Source of the DNA: Deltaproteobacteria bacterium
GTDB lineage: Bacteria; Bdellovibrionota_B; Oligoflexia; Oligoflexales; RGVZ01
Reading direction: 5' to 3'
NCBI GenBank assembly: GCA_040381655.1
Contig: JBEIGW010000002.1
Span: forward strand, 1-35,810
Length of the DNA stretch: 35,810 bases
Part shown: one piece after another, positions 25,562-35,100 of the stretch
Numbering within the stretch: the stretch's first letter is position 1
How the letters are laid out: each line of letters starts with the position of its first letter
Notes under the pieces: model-generated
Database searches by the model: none
Seen by the model: the letters and a program-made list of their open reading frames with translations, nothing else
Told to the model about the DNA's origin: nothing
Program-made: the position numbers and the translations under genes

Positions 25562-26884
25562 CTACCGGAGAGGTGATGAAAGCGACCGTATGATGGGCTG
25601 CTGCATCTCAGTTCTTGGCCAGTCCGCAGCAGGAGTTGTACCCCCCAATGCAACTGCCATACGAGCTCGTGATGCATCAACCTCAAAACCTCTTGGTGTA
25701 GTCACCTCTGTCTGTGATGAAGTTAACTTTGCATCCCCCATAGCGACAATGCCACCGACAATTTTTCTTAAGAACTGAAGATTTGCGCCTCCGCCTGCGA
25801 AAACTACGTCAAGATGAGAAATGCCGTGGTTTGAAGCGTGAAGTTGTGCTTTAAAGCGGGAGCCCGCGTCCTCAAGCATTTCCCTGATTGCCGTTTTTAA
25901 ACCACTTGCCATTTTTTGGAGTTTGTCTGTGCGGACGAGTTCTTCTCGCGAAATTTGTACCTGCCGGAAAACCAGATTGCCAGTCTCGAATAGCGTTTCT
26001 TTAGAGCGGCGAATATCATTTTTCAGTGCTGCAAGGTCAATACCGCTATTTGGACCGAGCCTTTCTGCAACTAATTTTATTAGAGCGTGGTCGATTTCAT
26101 CTCCTGCACCGAACAAGCTACGTGCAGGTGTCATCGGAATAAGCTTTCGGGTTACCTTCGAATATTCATCTGGTAAAACAGAGACAAATAGACCGAGGTC
26201 GATGGTGCCCGCCCCGACATCCACGACTAAAGTTGCGCTACGATTGTTTGGGGAAGGATCTTGAAGCAACTCAAGCGCCGCAGCAACAGGTTCTTCAACC
26301 TCAACATCGAAGGATGGTTTTTTTGATGCTTGACTTGCTTTTTTATACCAGAGGTTAAATTGATCAGTACTCATCTCTTGCATTATCGTAGACCCAGTAG
26401 CGCTGAATGCGATACGTCCGAGTTGATCGTAAACAACGGCTATTTTTTGTCGATCTGAGGTACTCCAGACGGGATGACTTATGCGATACGAGAGAGTGCT
26501 AGTTTTTAACTTGAAAATATTTTTACCTGCAGCTATGGAGTCTTGTACTGCCAGCGCTAGTAAACCAGCGATTAGTTGAAATCGGGGAAATGGTGCGCTA
26601 CTTACTTCCGACTGATATATCTTAGAGATGTTTGAGGGACTGAGCCAGGATTTTGGGCTTGATTCAAAAAGCAATCGTGGCTGGGCAGAAAGACCTGCCT
26701 CAAGTGCTTTGTCACCAAAGAAAATCTTATCGCCAGCAATTGGAATAAAGATAGCGCTAGGGATAGATGCATTATCAATTTGACTTCTAGGTGCAATTGC
26801 AAGCGGATGCGATACCGAATCCTTTTGTTTTCGTATTGCGGCTCTAATAGAACTGGTCCCGAAATCAATGCAAAGAGTGTCCAC
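25562..26884 (-). CDS. Hsp70-family (DnaK/YegD-like) nucleotide-binding-domain-only ATPase
   Basis: 440 aa. GTG start with an AAGGTG SD 5 nt upstream, 11 nt after the stop of the preceding gene. Motifs: CIDFGTSSIR (phosphate-1), VEEPVAAALE (the Hsp70 EPTAAAL motif), VVDVGAGTIDLG (phosphate-2), FGAGDEIDHALI (GGxDFD-like), and VVFAGGGANLQFL (adenosine). No substrate-binding domain. Confidence 0.85.
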   Translation of the reverse strand: MDTLCIDFGTSSIRAAIRKQKDSVSHPLAIAPRSQIDNASIPSAIFIPIAGDKIFFGDKALEAGLSAQPRLLFESSPKSWLSPSNISKIYQSEVSSAPFPRFQLIAGLLALAVQDSIAAGKNIFKLKTSTLSYRISHPVWSTSDRQKIAVVYDQLGRIAFSATGSTIMQEMSTDQFNLWYKKASQASKKPSFDVEVEEPVAAALELLQDPSPNNRSATLVVDVGAGTIDLGLFVSVLPDEYSKVTRKLIPMTPARSLFGAGDEIDHALIKLVAERLGPNSGIDLAALKNDIRRSKETLFETGNLVFRQVQISREELVRTDKLQKMASGLKTAIREMLEDAGSRFKAQLHASNHGISHLDVVFAGGGANLQFLRKIVGGIVAMGDAKLTSSQTEVTTPRGFEVDASRARMAVALGGTTPAADWPRTEMQQPIIRSLSSPLR

Positions 26885-26895
26885 AAAATCACCTT

Positions 26896-28245
26896 TCAGT
26901 TCACTGGGAAGACCAATGCACGAGTCAGAACTCTTTGGGAATTATCGCTTCTCAACAGTCGAACGCCAGGTATTTCAATGCGAACGTTAGTTGGTGGTTG
27001 CGCGCTGCTATCTCCAAGAAAATGTTGAAGCGGCTGATACTGAACTAAATCTCCCTTTGAACCATACATTTCTATTTTTGCTTTGCTCGCAACTAGATTA
27101 ACTAAAGCACTCACTTCTTTTGCGACAGACGGATCGGGAAGATCGGAGCAGTACCGATACCAAGAAATCAAAAGGGCCGCTATTTGTTCCTGAATTCCGG
27201 AATGAGCGGATAGTTCATCGCTGTCTTCAATCGCAGGATCTTTAGTCGGTAAAAGGATGGCTTTAACTAGTTCTCTATCTGATAGAAATTTTGCCGAAAT
27301 TTTTTCTATTGGTAAGCAATGGGAGGCAAATGCTAATAGCTCTCTGACCTCGACAGTATTATTCATGCCATGCATTTTTACGTGCTGTAGCACAGTGCTT
27401 ACTATTCGCGAGCTTAGAGGGTTAAGATTTTTTTGTAGTGGTTTCGGTAAACCGCCTGGCTGCCTCGAAAAGATTGTCAGGCCTTGAAGCGTTTTTTCAC
27501 TAAGCAGTATTGTCGGCTCGCGAGCGCTTATCGTTTCCAAAATTCCGAGCGTAGATTTTTGAATTTCAATAATAGCTTTCGAAGAATAGTGAGTTCTTTG
27601 ACTAAGGTCGACTACCGACGAAGCCAAATTAGAAAACTCCTCCCCGAAATAACCACCTGATTCGATTTCGCGCGATGGTAACAACTTAGCTACTAATTTA
27701 AGTACTTGATTAACGCGATCAAGATCGGTTGTGTGATCCGCCCGAATTATGCTCGACAGTTCCTTGACTAAATCAGCATACGTAGTGCTGGACCCGATAG
27801 CCAATTTTACGAGTTCGTTGGCAAGTACTTTGCTTGTTTGTGTATTTATTGCTTCTTTTAGGGCATAAGAAATCTTCCAGCTTGCTTTTAATGGTCCCAA
27901 AAATTTGATAGCGCCAATCCGCTCGTCATCGTTAGCTAAGGTGTTCAAGGCGGGTGGAGCAGTATCAATCCACCGTAGCGGTCGGATTTTTTGCTTGGCA
28001 GCAGACTTGCTACCTTTAGCGATCGCCAATCCAATAAGCCCGAGGCACTGATACGCAAGTACTTCATCGGTTTCTTTTTGAAGTTTTATTGCAAGCAGAT
28101 TCACCTTCCGATCGATTTCGTCACCGAACTTCTGGTCAATCTTTTTTTTGTTCAGTGGTAGCAGCGATCGCAATGTAGCAATGATTTCGACTGTATCTGC
28201 TTCGTTGCTTGCGGGTGAATTCGAAGATGGGGTAGATGTAGTCAT
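26896..28245 (-). CDS. hypothetical 449-aa protein, predicted all-helical, partner of the Hsp70-like ATPase
   Basis: Long uninterrupted ORF, translationally coupled to the ATPase gene. Ser/Thr-rich N-terminus, then Leu/Ala/Lys-rich segments. No catalytic motif recognised. Confidence 0.75.
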   Translation of the reverse strand: MTTSTPSSNSPASNEADTVEIIATLRSLLPLNKKKIDQKFGDEIDRKVNLLAIKLQKETDEVLAYQCLGLIGLAIAKGSKSAAKQKIRPLRWIDTAPPALNTLANDDERIGAIKFLGPLKASWKISYALKEAINTQTSKVLANELVKLAIGSSTTYADLVKELSSIIRADHTTDLDRVNQVLKLVAKLLPSREIESGGYFGEEFSNLASSVVDLSQRTHYSSKAIIEIQKSTLGILETISAREPTILLSEKTLQGLTIFSRQPGGLPKPLQKNLNPLSSRIVSTVLQHVKMHGMNNTVEVRELLAFASHCLPIEKISAKFLSDRELVKAILLPTKDPAIEDSDELSAHSGIQEQIAALLISWYRYCSDLPDPSVAKEVSALVNLVASKAKIEMYGSKGDLVQYQPLQHFLGDSSAQPPTNVRIEIPGVRLLRSDNSQRVLTRALVFPVN

Positions 28246-28392
28246 TTTATTATCGTTTTGTGTGCCGTAACCGCATCATTATCAATATAAATCTCAGTCT
28301 CAGCGAACTGCGATGTTTTCAAAAAAATAAAAATCATTAATCAACGTAAAAATCTGACGTTGCTGAGAACTAGAACAATTCTTGCTCACAGC

Positions 28393-28410
28393 AGGCTCAT
28401 CAAGTGAGCC
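28393..28410. promoter_or_regulatory. operator-like palindrome, site 5 (AGGCTCA-TCAAG-TGAGCC)
   Basis: Perfect 6+6 match in the 488-bp divergent region between the 449-aa/ATPase operon (-) and the PLD-SNF2/MTase operon (+). AAGAAT (28383-28378, minus strand) lies 10 nt from the core. The weaker CATCAT (28421-28426) lies 10 nt away on the plus side. Confidence 0.75.
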
Positions 28411-28498
28411 TAGTATTGACCATCATTTCCTTTGATTCAATTAGACAATTTTGGCCTGCTTTCCAATATACTGGAAGCAATATTTTTTTAGAGAAATA

Positions 28499-28705
28499 AT
28501 GATGGCTAAGCAGCCGTTCACCGCCTCCACCGTTCGAGACGTTTTCGGCGTTCCTGCCTGTTAACGAAAAAACGATCTATAGGCTTCCCCAAAAAGGAAA
28601 TCTTCTCAGTTTTAAGGTGTCGGATGCTTGGCGTTTTCGGCGCCAGACCTAGATGCTTGAATTGTTGATCGCAAAGTTTTGGCCTCAGGTGGCAAGCGGA
28701 CTTGA
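28499..28705 (+). pseudogene. decayed excisionase-family (HTH_17/AlpA-like) helix-turn-helix gene
   Basis: Three frames together read MMAKQPFTASTVRDVFGVPA / VNEKTIYRLPQKGNLLSFKVSDAWRFRRQ / DLDA*IVDRKVLASGGKRT. That requires a +1 shift near 28555-28562, a second shift near 28645, and a TGA (28658) where this family has Trp (DLDAW). The EKTIYRL...FKV...WRFRR..DLD.W pattern is the hallmark of the family. Confidence 0.55.
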
Positions 28706-28733
28706 AACCCTAAGCTAAGCCACAGGAAAAACT

Positions 28734-31700
28734 ATGCCAAGAATATTTGACAACATCGAAAAGCAACTCCTCCCCGCGCTGCAGGAGACAATGAAGGTTG
28801 CTGAACGCGCCGATTTTTGCGTGGGCTACTTCAATTTGAGAGGCTGGAGGAATCTGTCGCCGCATGTTGAAAAATGGAACGGTAGTGATGGTAATTGCTG
28901 CAGATTGCTTGTTGGAATGCATGTAAATCCGAGCGATGAGCTGAGGCAGTCGCTTCGCCAACGCGAGGATGATGAAGGGTTAGATAATCAGACGGCAGTT
29001 CGAGAAAAACGTCGTATTGCAGAAGAGTTCAAGCAACAATTAACATTCGGAGTCCCGACCAACGATGATGAAGCATCACTTCGACAGCTGTCCCATCAAA
29101 TCAGAAGCAAGAAACTGGTTGTCAAGGTCTACCTGCGTCATCCCCTGCACGCAAAACTCTATTTGCTTCACCGAAATGATGTAAATAATCCAGTCACTGG
29201 ATTTTTAGGGAGCTCGAATTTAACGCTCGCTGGTCTGTCAAGGCAGGGCGAGCTCAATGTAGATGTCTTAGAACACGATGCATGCAACAAGCTAGTCGAT
29301 TGGTTTGAAGATCGATGGAAAGATCGATGGTGTGTTGATATTTCAAAGGAGCTGGCCGACATCATTGACGAAAGTTGGGCTGGTGAGCGACTTATTTCTC
29401 CATACCATGTCTATTTAAAGATCGCTTATCACTTGGCCCAAGAGGCGCGCGCCGGGCTCTCCGAATTCACGATTCCGAAAATATTCGGCAAGGAGCTTTT
29501 TGATTTTCAGGTTGCGGCGGTAAAGATTGCTGCCCACCATTTAAATAAAAGAGGTGGCGTACTCATTGGCGACGTCGTTGGTTTGGGTAAGTCCATGATG
29601 GCAACTGCACTTGCCAAGGTTTTCGAAGAAGACCATCAAACCGAGACGTTGATCCTTTGCCCTAAAAACCTGGTTCCAATGTGGGAAGACTATGTCTTTC
29701 GCTACAGACTTCAGGCAAAAGTTCTTTCGCTATCGAAAGCCATGGCAGAGCTGCCAGAAAAGACACGTCGCTACCGGGTCGTGTTGGTTGATGAATCGCA
29801 CAACTTGCGCAACAAAGAAGGCAAGCGCTACAAGGCAATCCGGGAGTACATAGAGCGGAACGACAGCCTATGCATTCTTCTGTCTGCGACCCCCTACAAC
29901 AAGACATACATCGATCTCTCATCGCAACTCTCTTTGTTTCTCAGAGAAGATGCCGACATTGGTATTCGACCCGAGAAGTTAATTAGCCACCTCGGCGGAG
30001 AGCATGAATTCATTCGACGGTATCAGTGTGCCGTGCGATCGCTTACAGCTTTTGAAAAGAGTGATGATGCAGACGATTGGCGCGACTTGATGCGCCTATA
30101 CATGGTGCGTCGTACGAGAGGCTTCATCATGCAGCACTATGCAAAAAGCGATGAACGGGGGAAGTACCTGCTGTTCTTAGATGGAACTAAGTCATATTTT
30201 CCCAAGCGAATACCTAAAAATTTAAAGTTCTCCATAAAAGGGGCAGACAAGTCCGATCCTTACGCTCGCTTTTACTCAACGACAGTAGTCGATGCAATCA
30301 ACGCCCTGGCATTACCCCGATATGGGCTGGGCAATTACGTCGCGAACAAACCAAAATCACCCCCAACACCAAATCAAGCGCACGTCATTGAGGGCCTTTC
30401 GCGTGCGGGCACACGATTGATGGGTTTTTGCCGCACCAATTTATTCAAGCGACTCGAAAGCGCAGGCCCCACCTTTTTGCTTTCAATTGAGAGGCATGTC
30501 TTGCGAAACTTTATTGTGATGCACGCAATAGAAAATGGCTTTGATATCCCATTAGGCACACAGGGGGCCGAACTACTGGACACCCAAACAAATGATGAGG
30601 ATCCAGACGATATTTTGGCGGGAGCGGAAGATGAAGAAGACGTATCAGGCGATGAAGAGGTCGTCACCAACATAACAACGTCCCTGCGCACAGAGGATGC
30701 CTTCCGTGCCCGTGCTGCCAAAGCGTATACGGCTTACTCGGGGCCTTTTAAGAAGCGATTTAAATGGCTGCCTAGCTCTTTGTTCATGGGCGATCTATTT
30801 AAGGACTTGCAGGCAGATGCATTAAGCCTCATGGCTGTCTTGCAACATTGTGGCGAATGGGATCCAGCCAGAGACTCAAAACTCGCCGAGCTAGCAAAAT
30901 TGGTTCGCACAACACATAGCAAGGAGAAAATTTTAGTCTTCACTCAATTTGCCGATACAGCGCGTTACGTCAAAACACAGTTAGCTGCGATGGGCGTTAC
31001 GCAAATCGAAGACGCAACGGGAAAGACTGGCGACCCTACCAGCCTTGCATGGCGATTCTCACCAGAATCAAACAAGAAGCTGGACACCATTAAATCATCC
31101 GATGCGCTGCGCGTATTGATTGCCACTGACGTGCTCTCCGAAGGCCAGAACCTACAAGATGCGCACATTGTCGTTAACTACGATTTACCTTGGGCCATCA
31201 TCAGACTAATCCAACGCGCTGGTCGTGTAGACCGGATTGGCCAAAAGGCAGATGAAATTTTCTGTTACTCATTTGTTCCGGCAGACGGCGTTGAGACTCT
31301 ACTTCAATTGCGTGCCCGTGTCCGCAAACGCCTAAAAGAGCAAGGCGAAGTTGTAGGATCTGATGAGACCTTTTTTGATGACGAGACAAACGAGCAATCT
31401 ATACGAGACCTGTATACCGAGAAGAGTGGGATTCTTGATGACGATGGGGATAACGAAGTGGACTTAGCTTCTTATGCCTACCAAATTTGGAAAAACGCTA
31501 TTGACGCAGATCCAGCCATTGCCGCGGCCATCGAAGCTATGCCTGATGTCGCATATGCCACCAAAGCTCACGTCGAGACGCCAAAGGCCCCTAAGGGAGC
31601 CTTGGTCTACATGCGTACTGCGCAGGGTAACGATGCGCTGGCTTGGATTGATCGAGCCGGTGAGTCAGTTACGCAATCTCAACTGACCATTTTGCGAGCA

Positions 31701-32129
31701 GCGGCATGTGCTCCCAATACCGAAGCGCTGCCACGCACTGAACATCACCATTCCCTTACACAAAAGGGGTTGGCGCACATTATTCAAGAAGAGAAATCAT
31801 TTGGTGGTGCATTGGGACGCCCGTCGGGGGCTCGTTTCAAGACCTACGAACGCATCAAGCGTTACCGCGACAAGTTAGGCAGCGCGAGAGACCTCTTTAT
31901 TACTGATGACCATGTCAGGCGCATTGAACGTACGCTTGAGGAAATTTATAGATTTCCTTTGTACCAGACAGCGACTGACACACTGAATCGCCAAATCAAA
32001 ACAGGCCTTGCAGATCAGGAGTTGGTTGATCTCGTACTTTCATTGCGTGAAGATGGTCGCCTGTGCTTGATAGATGAACAAGAAGCCAATCGTGAATCTA
32101 AGCTGATCTGCAGTATGGGCTTGGCTTGA
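28734..32129 (+). CDS. PLD-family (HKD) nuclease domain fused to SNF2-family helicase/translocase
   Basis: 1131 aa with an AGGAAAA SD. N-terminal PLD motif HPLHAKLYLLHRND...GFLGSSNLTLAGL (H139/K141 at nt 29148). SNF2 motifs LIGDVVGLGKSMMA, VVLVDESHNLRN, and LLSATPYNK. Helicase-C motifs KILVFTQFADTARYV, LIATDVLSEGQNLQDA, and LIQRAGRVDRIGQ. Confidence 0.92.
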   Translation: MPRIFDNIEKQLLPALQETMKVAERADFCVGYFNLRGWRNLSPHVEKWNGSDGNCCRLLVGMHVNPSDELRQSLRQREDDEGLDNQTAVREKRRIAEEFKQQLTFGVPTNDDEASLRQLSHQIRSKKLVVKVYLRHPLHAKLYLLHRNDVNNPVTGFLGSSNLTLAGLSRQGELNVDVLEHDACNKLVDWFEDRWKDRWCVDISKELADIIDESWAGERLISPYHVYLKIAYHLAQEARAGLSEFTIPKIFGKELFDFQVAAVKIAAHHLNKRGGVLIGDVVGLGKSMMATALAKVFEEDHQTETLILCPKNLVPMWEDYVFRYRLQAKVLSLSKAMAELPEKTRRYRVVLVDESHNLRNKEGKRYKAIREYIERNDSLCILLSATPYNKTYIDLSSQLSLFLREDADIGIRPEKLISHLGGEHEFIRRYQCAVRSLTAFEKSDDADDWRDLMRLYMVRRTRGFIMQHYAKSDERGKYLLFLDGTKSYFPKRIPKNLKFSIKGADKSDPYARFYSTTVVDAINALALPRYGLGNYVANKPKSPPTPNQAHVIEGLSRAGTRLMGFCRTNLFKRLESAGPTFLLSIERHVLRNFIVMHAIENGFDIPLGTQGAELLDTQTNDEDPDDILAGAEDEEDVSGDEEVVTNITTSLRTEDAFRARAAKAYTAYSGPFKKRFKWLPSSLFMGDLFKDLQADALSLMAVLQHCGEWDPARDSKLAELAKLVRTTHSKEKILVFTQFADTARYVKTQLAAMGVTQIEDATGKTGDPTSLAWRFSPESNKKLDTIKSSDALRVLIATDVLSEGQNLQDAHIVVNYDLPWAIIRLIQRAGRVDRIGQKADEIFCYSFVPADGVETLLQLRARVRKRLKEQGEVVGSDETFFDDETNEQSIRDLYTEKSGILDDDGDNEVDLASYAYQIWKNAIDADPAIAAAIEAMPDVAYATKAHVETPKAPKGALVYMRTAQGNDALAWIDRAGESVTQSQLTILRAAACAPNTEALPRTEHHHSLTQKGLAHIIQEEKSFGGALGRPSGARFKTYERIKRYRDKLGSARDLFITDDHVRRIERTLEEIYRFPLYQTATDTLNRQIKTGLADQELVDLVLSLREDGRLCLIDEQEANRESKLICSMGLA

Positions 32130-32133
32130 TCAC

Positions 32134-35100
32134 GTGCTTAATAACAAAGAAAAAATGACCATTGACGCCGCTCAATTTCAAAAACTCCTGAATGAGTTTC
32201 AACTCAGCCGCTTATTTGTCAACGAACTTGGCTGGGACAACCCCAACCTGCGGGACCAGCCTGTACTGGTCAATGGTCATACCTTTACGTTAACGCACGT
32301 TGCACACAAACGTGGTGTCGCTGTCTTTATGTGCTCACCAGATGCCTTGGGGTCTGTTCCACCTAGAGCCACGCTCCTAAAAATTGAGAAGGAGGCCACC
32401 AAGCTTTCTTATGAACATTTATTAATTTTTGTCGATTCTTCGCAAAAGGTGATGACATGGTTATGGGTAGCTCGTGTACCTGGCCAACCCGCAGCAACTA
32501 GAACCCACACGTGGCACAAAGGCACCAGCGGCGAAGCATTGCGCCAAAAGCTAAATCAAATCGTCTGGTCCCTGGAGGAGGAGGAGGCTATTACCTTGAC
32601 GGATGTCATCAAGGGTCTGCGCAGTGCCTTTGATCGTGACCGTGTTTCTAAGCGTTTCTACGATTATTTTAAGAGCGAGCATCAAGCCTTTTCCGAGTTC
32701 ATTCAAGGAATAGAAGCAGCGACGGATCAAGCTTGGTATGCCTCGCTGATGCTTAACCGCTTGATGTTCGTGTACTTCATCCAGCAAAAAGGGTTTTTGG
32801 ATGGTAACCCGAACTACCTTTCGGATCGGATGGCAACTGTGCGCGAGCAGGCCGGAAAGGGAAAATTCCATACCTTTTATCGTCAGTTTCTGCTACGACT
32901 TTTCCATGAAGGACTAGGGCAACACAAAAGAACTCGCGTCACTGATCTGTCAAAACTGATCGGTGACGTACCCTACCTCAACGGAGGACTTTTTGACGTG
33001 CATGAGTTGGAAGTCGCCCACCCTGACATCGACATCCCAGATGAAGCCTTTCAGCGACTGTTCACTTTTTTCGATGCCTACGACTGGCATCTTGATGACC
33101 GGCCTCTGTCTTCGGGCAGCGAGATTAACCCCGACGTACTCGGCTACATCTTTGAGAAGTACATCAACCAGAAGCAGATGGGGGCTTACTACACGAAGGA
33201 AGATATCACAGAGTACATCAGCAAGACCACCGTTATACCGCATCTGCTCGATCAGGCGCGGGAGCGCTGCAAGGTAGCCTTCGAAGGCGATTCGTCTGTT
33301 TGGTCTCTGCTCAAGTCTGACCCTGATCGTTATATTTATCCAGCCATGAAAATAGGTGTCATTGATGCCTGTGCTGAGGTTGTTCCCGTAAATGTACTTC
33401 CCGACTTTGTGCAAACTGGAATATTCAATCCCACGGCGCGTATGTTTGAGCGGAGCTACAACCTAGGCGAAGCCGCCTTCCAGTTTACGGCTAGCAATGG
33501 CGTAATGCAGCGCGGTACTCTTCCCACAGAAACTTGGCGAGAATATGTAGAGCGCCGGAGCCGTTGTTTGGCTATCCGGGACAAGTTGTCCAGAGGGGAA
33601 GTGAAAAGCGCTGAAGACCTTATCACGCTGAATCTCGACATCCGCCAGTTCATGCAGGACCTGATAGACACCTGCAACAGCCCCGATCTGTTACGCGCGA
33701 TCTGGCAAGCCATCGTTGGACGCCTAGCGGAGAGGTCTAACGATAAGTTCCGCCACGGTATTGCCATCCTCGATCCCACCTGTGGCTCAGGCGCTTTTCT
33801 CTTTGCCGCACTCAACGTGCTTGAGCCGCTTTACGAGGCTTGCTTAGACCGCATGGAAGGATTTGTGGAGGACGCTAAGAAGCTAGGTAAATCGGGGGAT
33901 GCCGACTTCATTAAGATACTGGAGGAGGTGGGACACCATCATTCACGCAGCTATTTCATTTACAAAAATATTATCCTGCACAATTTATTTGGCGTGGATA
34001 TCATGGCTGAGGCAGTAGAAATTTGTAAGCTGCGCCTCTTCCTCAAGCTGGTGTCCCAAGTTGACGCCGGGCGCGAACTGGAACCGTTGCCCGACATCGA
34101 CTTCAATATCCGTGCTGGCAATACTTTGGTAGGCTATGCCACAGAAGCGCAGTTCGATGCCGCAAACACTCTCGCCAGCGACCAGACGCATCGGGCAGAA
34201 ATTAAGGCAAGTACTGCTGATTTGGCGGATGCATTTGATTTCTTCCGTCAACAACAGACTGTTCACGGAGGCAAAGTCACGGCAGATGACAAGCGCAAGT
34301 TGCGCGACAAGTTGAACGGCCTGAGCCTGGAACTTGATCGCTACCTCGCGCAGGACTATGGCATCGACCCAAAAAAGAAAAATGAGTTTACCGCCTGGCG
34401 AGCAAGTCATCAGCCTTTTCATTGGTTTGCTGAATTCTATGGAGTTATGCGTGATGGCGGCTTCGATGTGGTGATCGGGAACCCGCCATATCTAGAAGTG
34501 CGTGAAGTCGAGTACTCACTTGGCACATTCGCTTCCCGAGACACGAACGCCATACATGCAATGTGCATGGAAAGAAGCTGTGATCTCTTGTCGCCTAGTG
34601 GAGCGATAAGCATGATTGTTCCGCTTGCGCTGCCTTCAACTCAAAGGATGCAAGTAGTTCAAAAGATTATTGAACAGAAACGTTCTGCATGGTTCTCAAA
34701 CTTTGCTTGGCGACCTGCTAAGCTCTTCGACACTGTCAACCGAGCGTTGACTATATTTGTTGCACTCTCGTCTACTGCTCCTAGAAGTGCCTCAACAAAA
34801 TACATTAAGTGGACAAGCACTGATCGCAACGGGCTTTTTGAGCGCCTTGTTTATGCCGAAGTAGATCGTATAAGACCATCGTTTTGGGTTCCAAAACTAG
34901 GGACGTCAATAGAGACAACCATTCTAAGTAAACTCATGTTAGCTGACTCAAAGGCTAGAAACTTTTTTGGACGGTCGCAAGGACGAGTCTATTACCGTTC
35001 AACTGGAGGACTGTATTGGAAAGTATTCACAGATTTTGCCCCCGCTTTCTCTGTAAATGGGAAATCCGGAAGCAGTAGCCGTGAAACTAGCTTTTCTACG

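Noticed and set aside
25551-25568. AGGCTCA half-site about 210 nt upstream of WYL paralog 2, which could be a sixth operator.
   Set aside because: The sequence at N5 spacing is TACCGG, which matches TGAGCC at only 1 of 6 positions. The element also overlaps the stop of the ATPase gene. I treat it as a chance half-site.
224-34326. Other isolated GGCTCA or TGAGCC hexamers, for example near 224, 3422, 12544, 19184, 21226, 23226, 23274, 26641, 33824 and 34321.
   Set aside because: All lie inside CDSs, and none has the complementary half-site at N5 spacing. Their number is what chance predicts for a hexamer in 36 kb.
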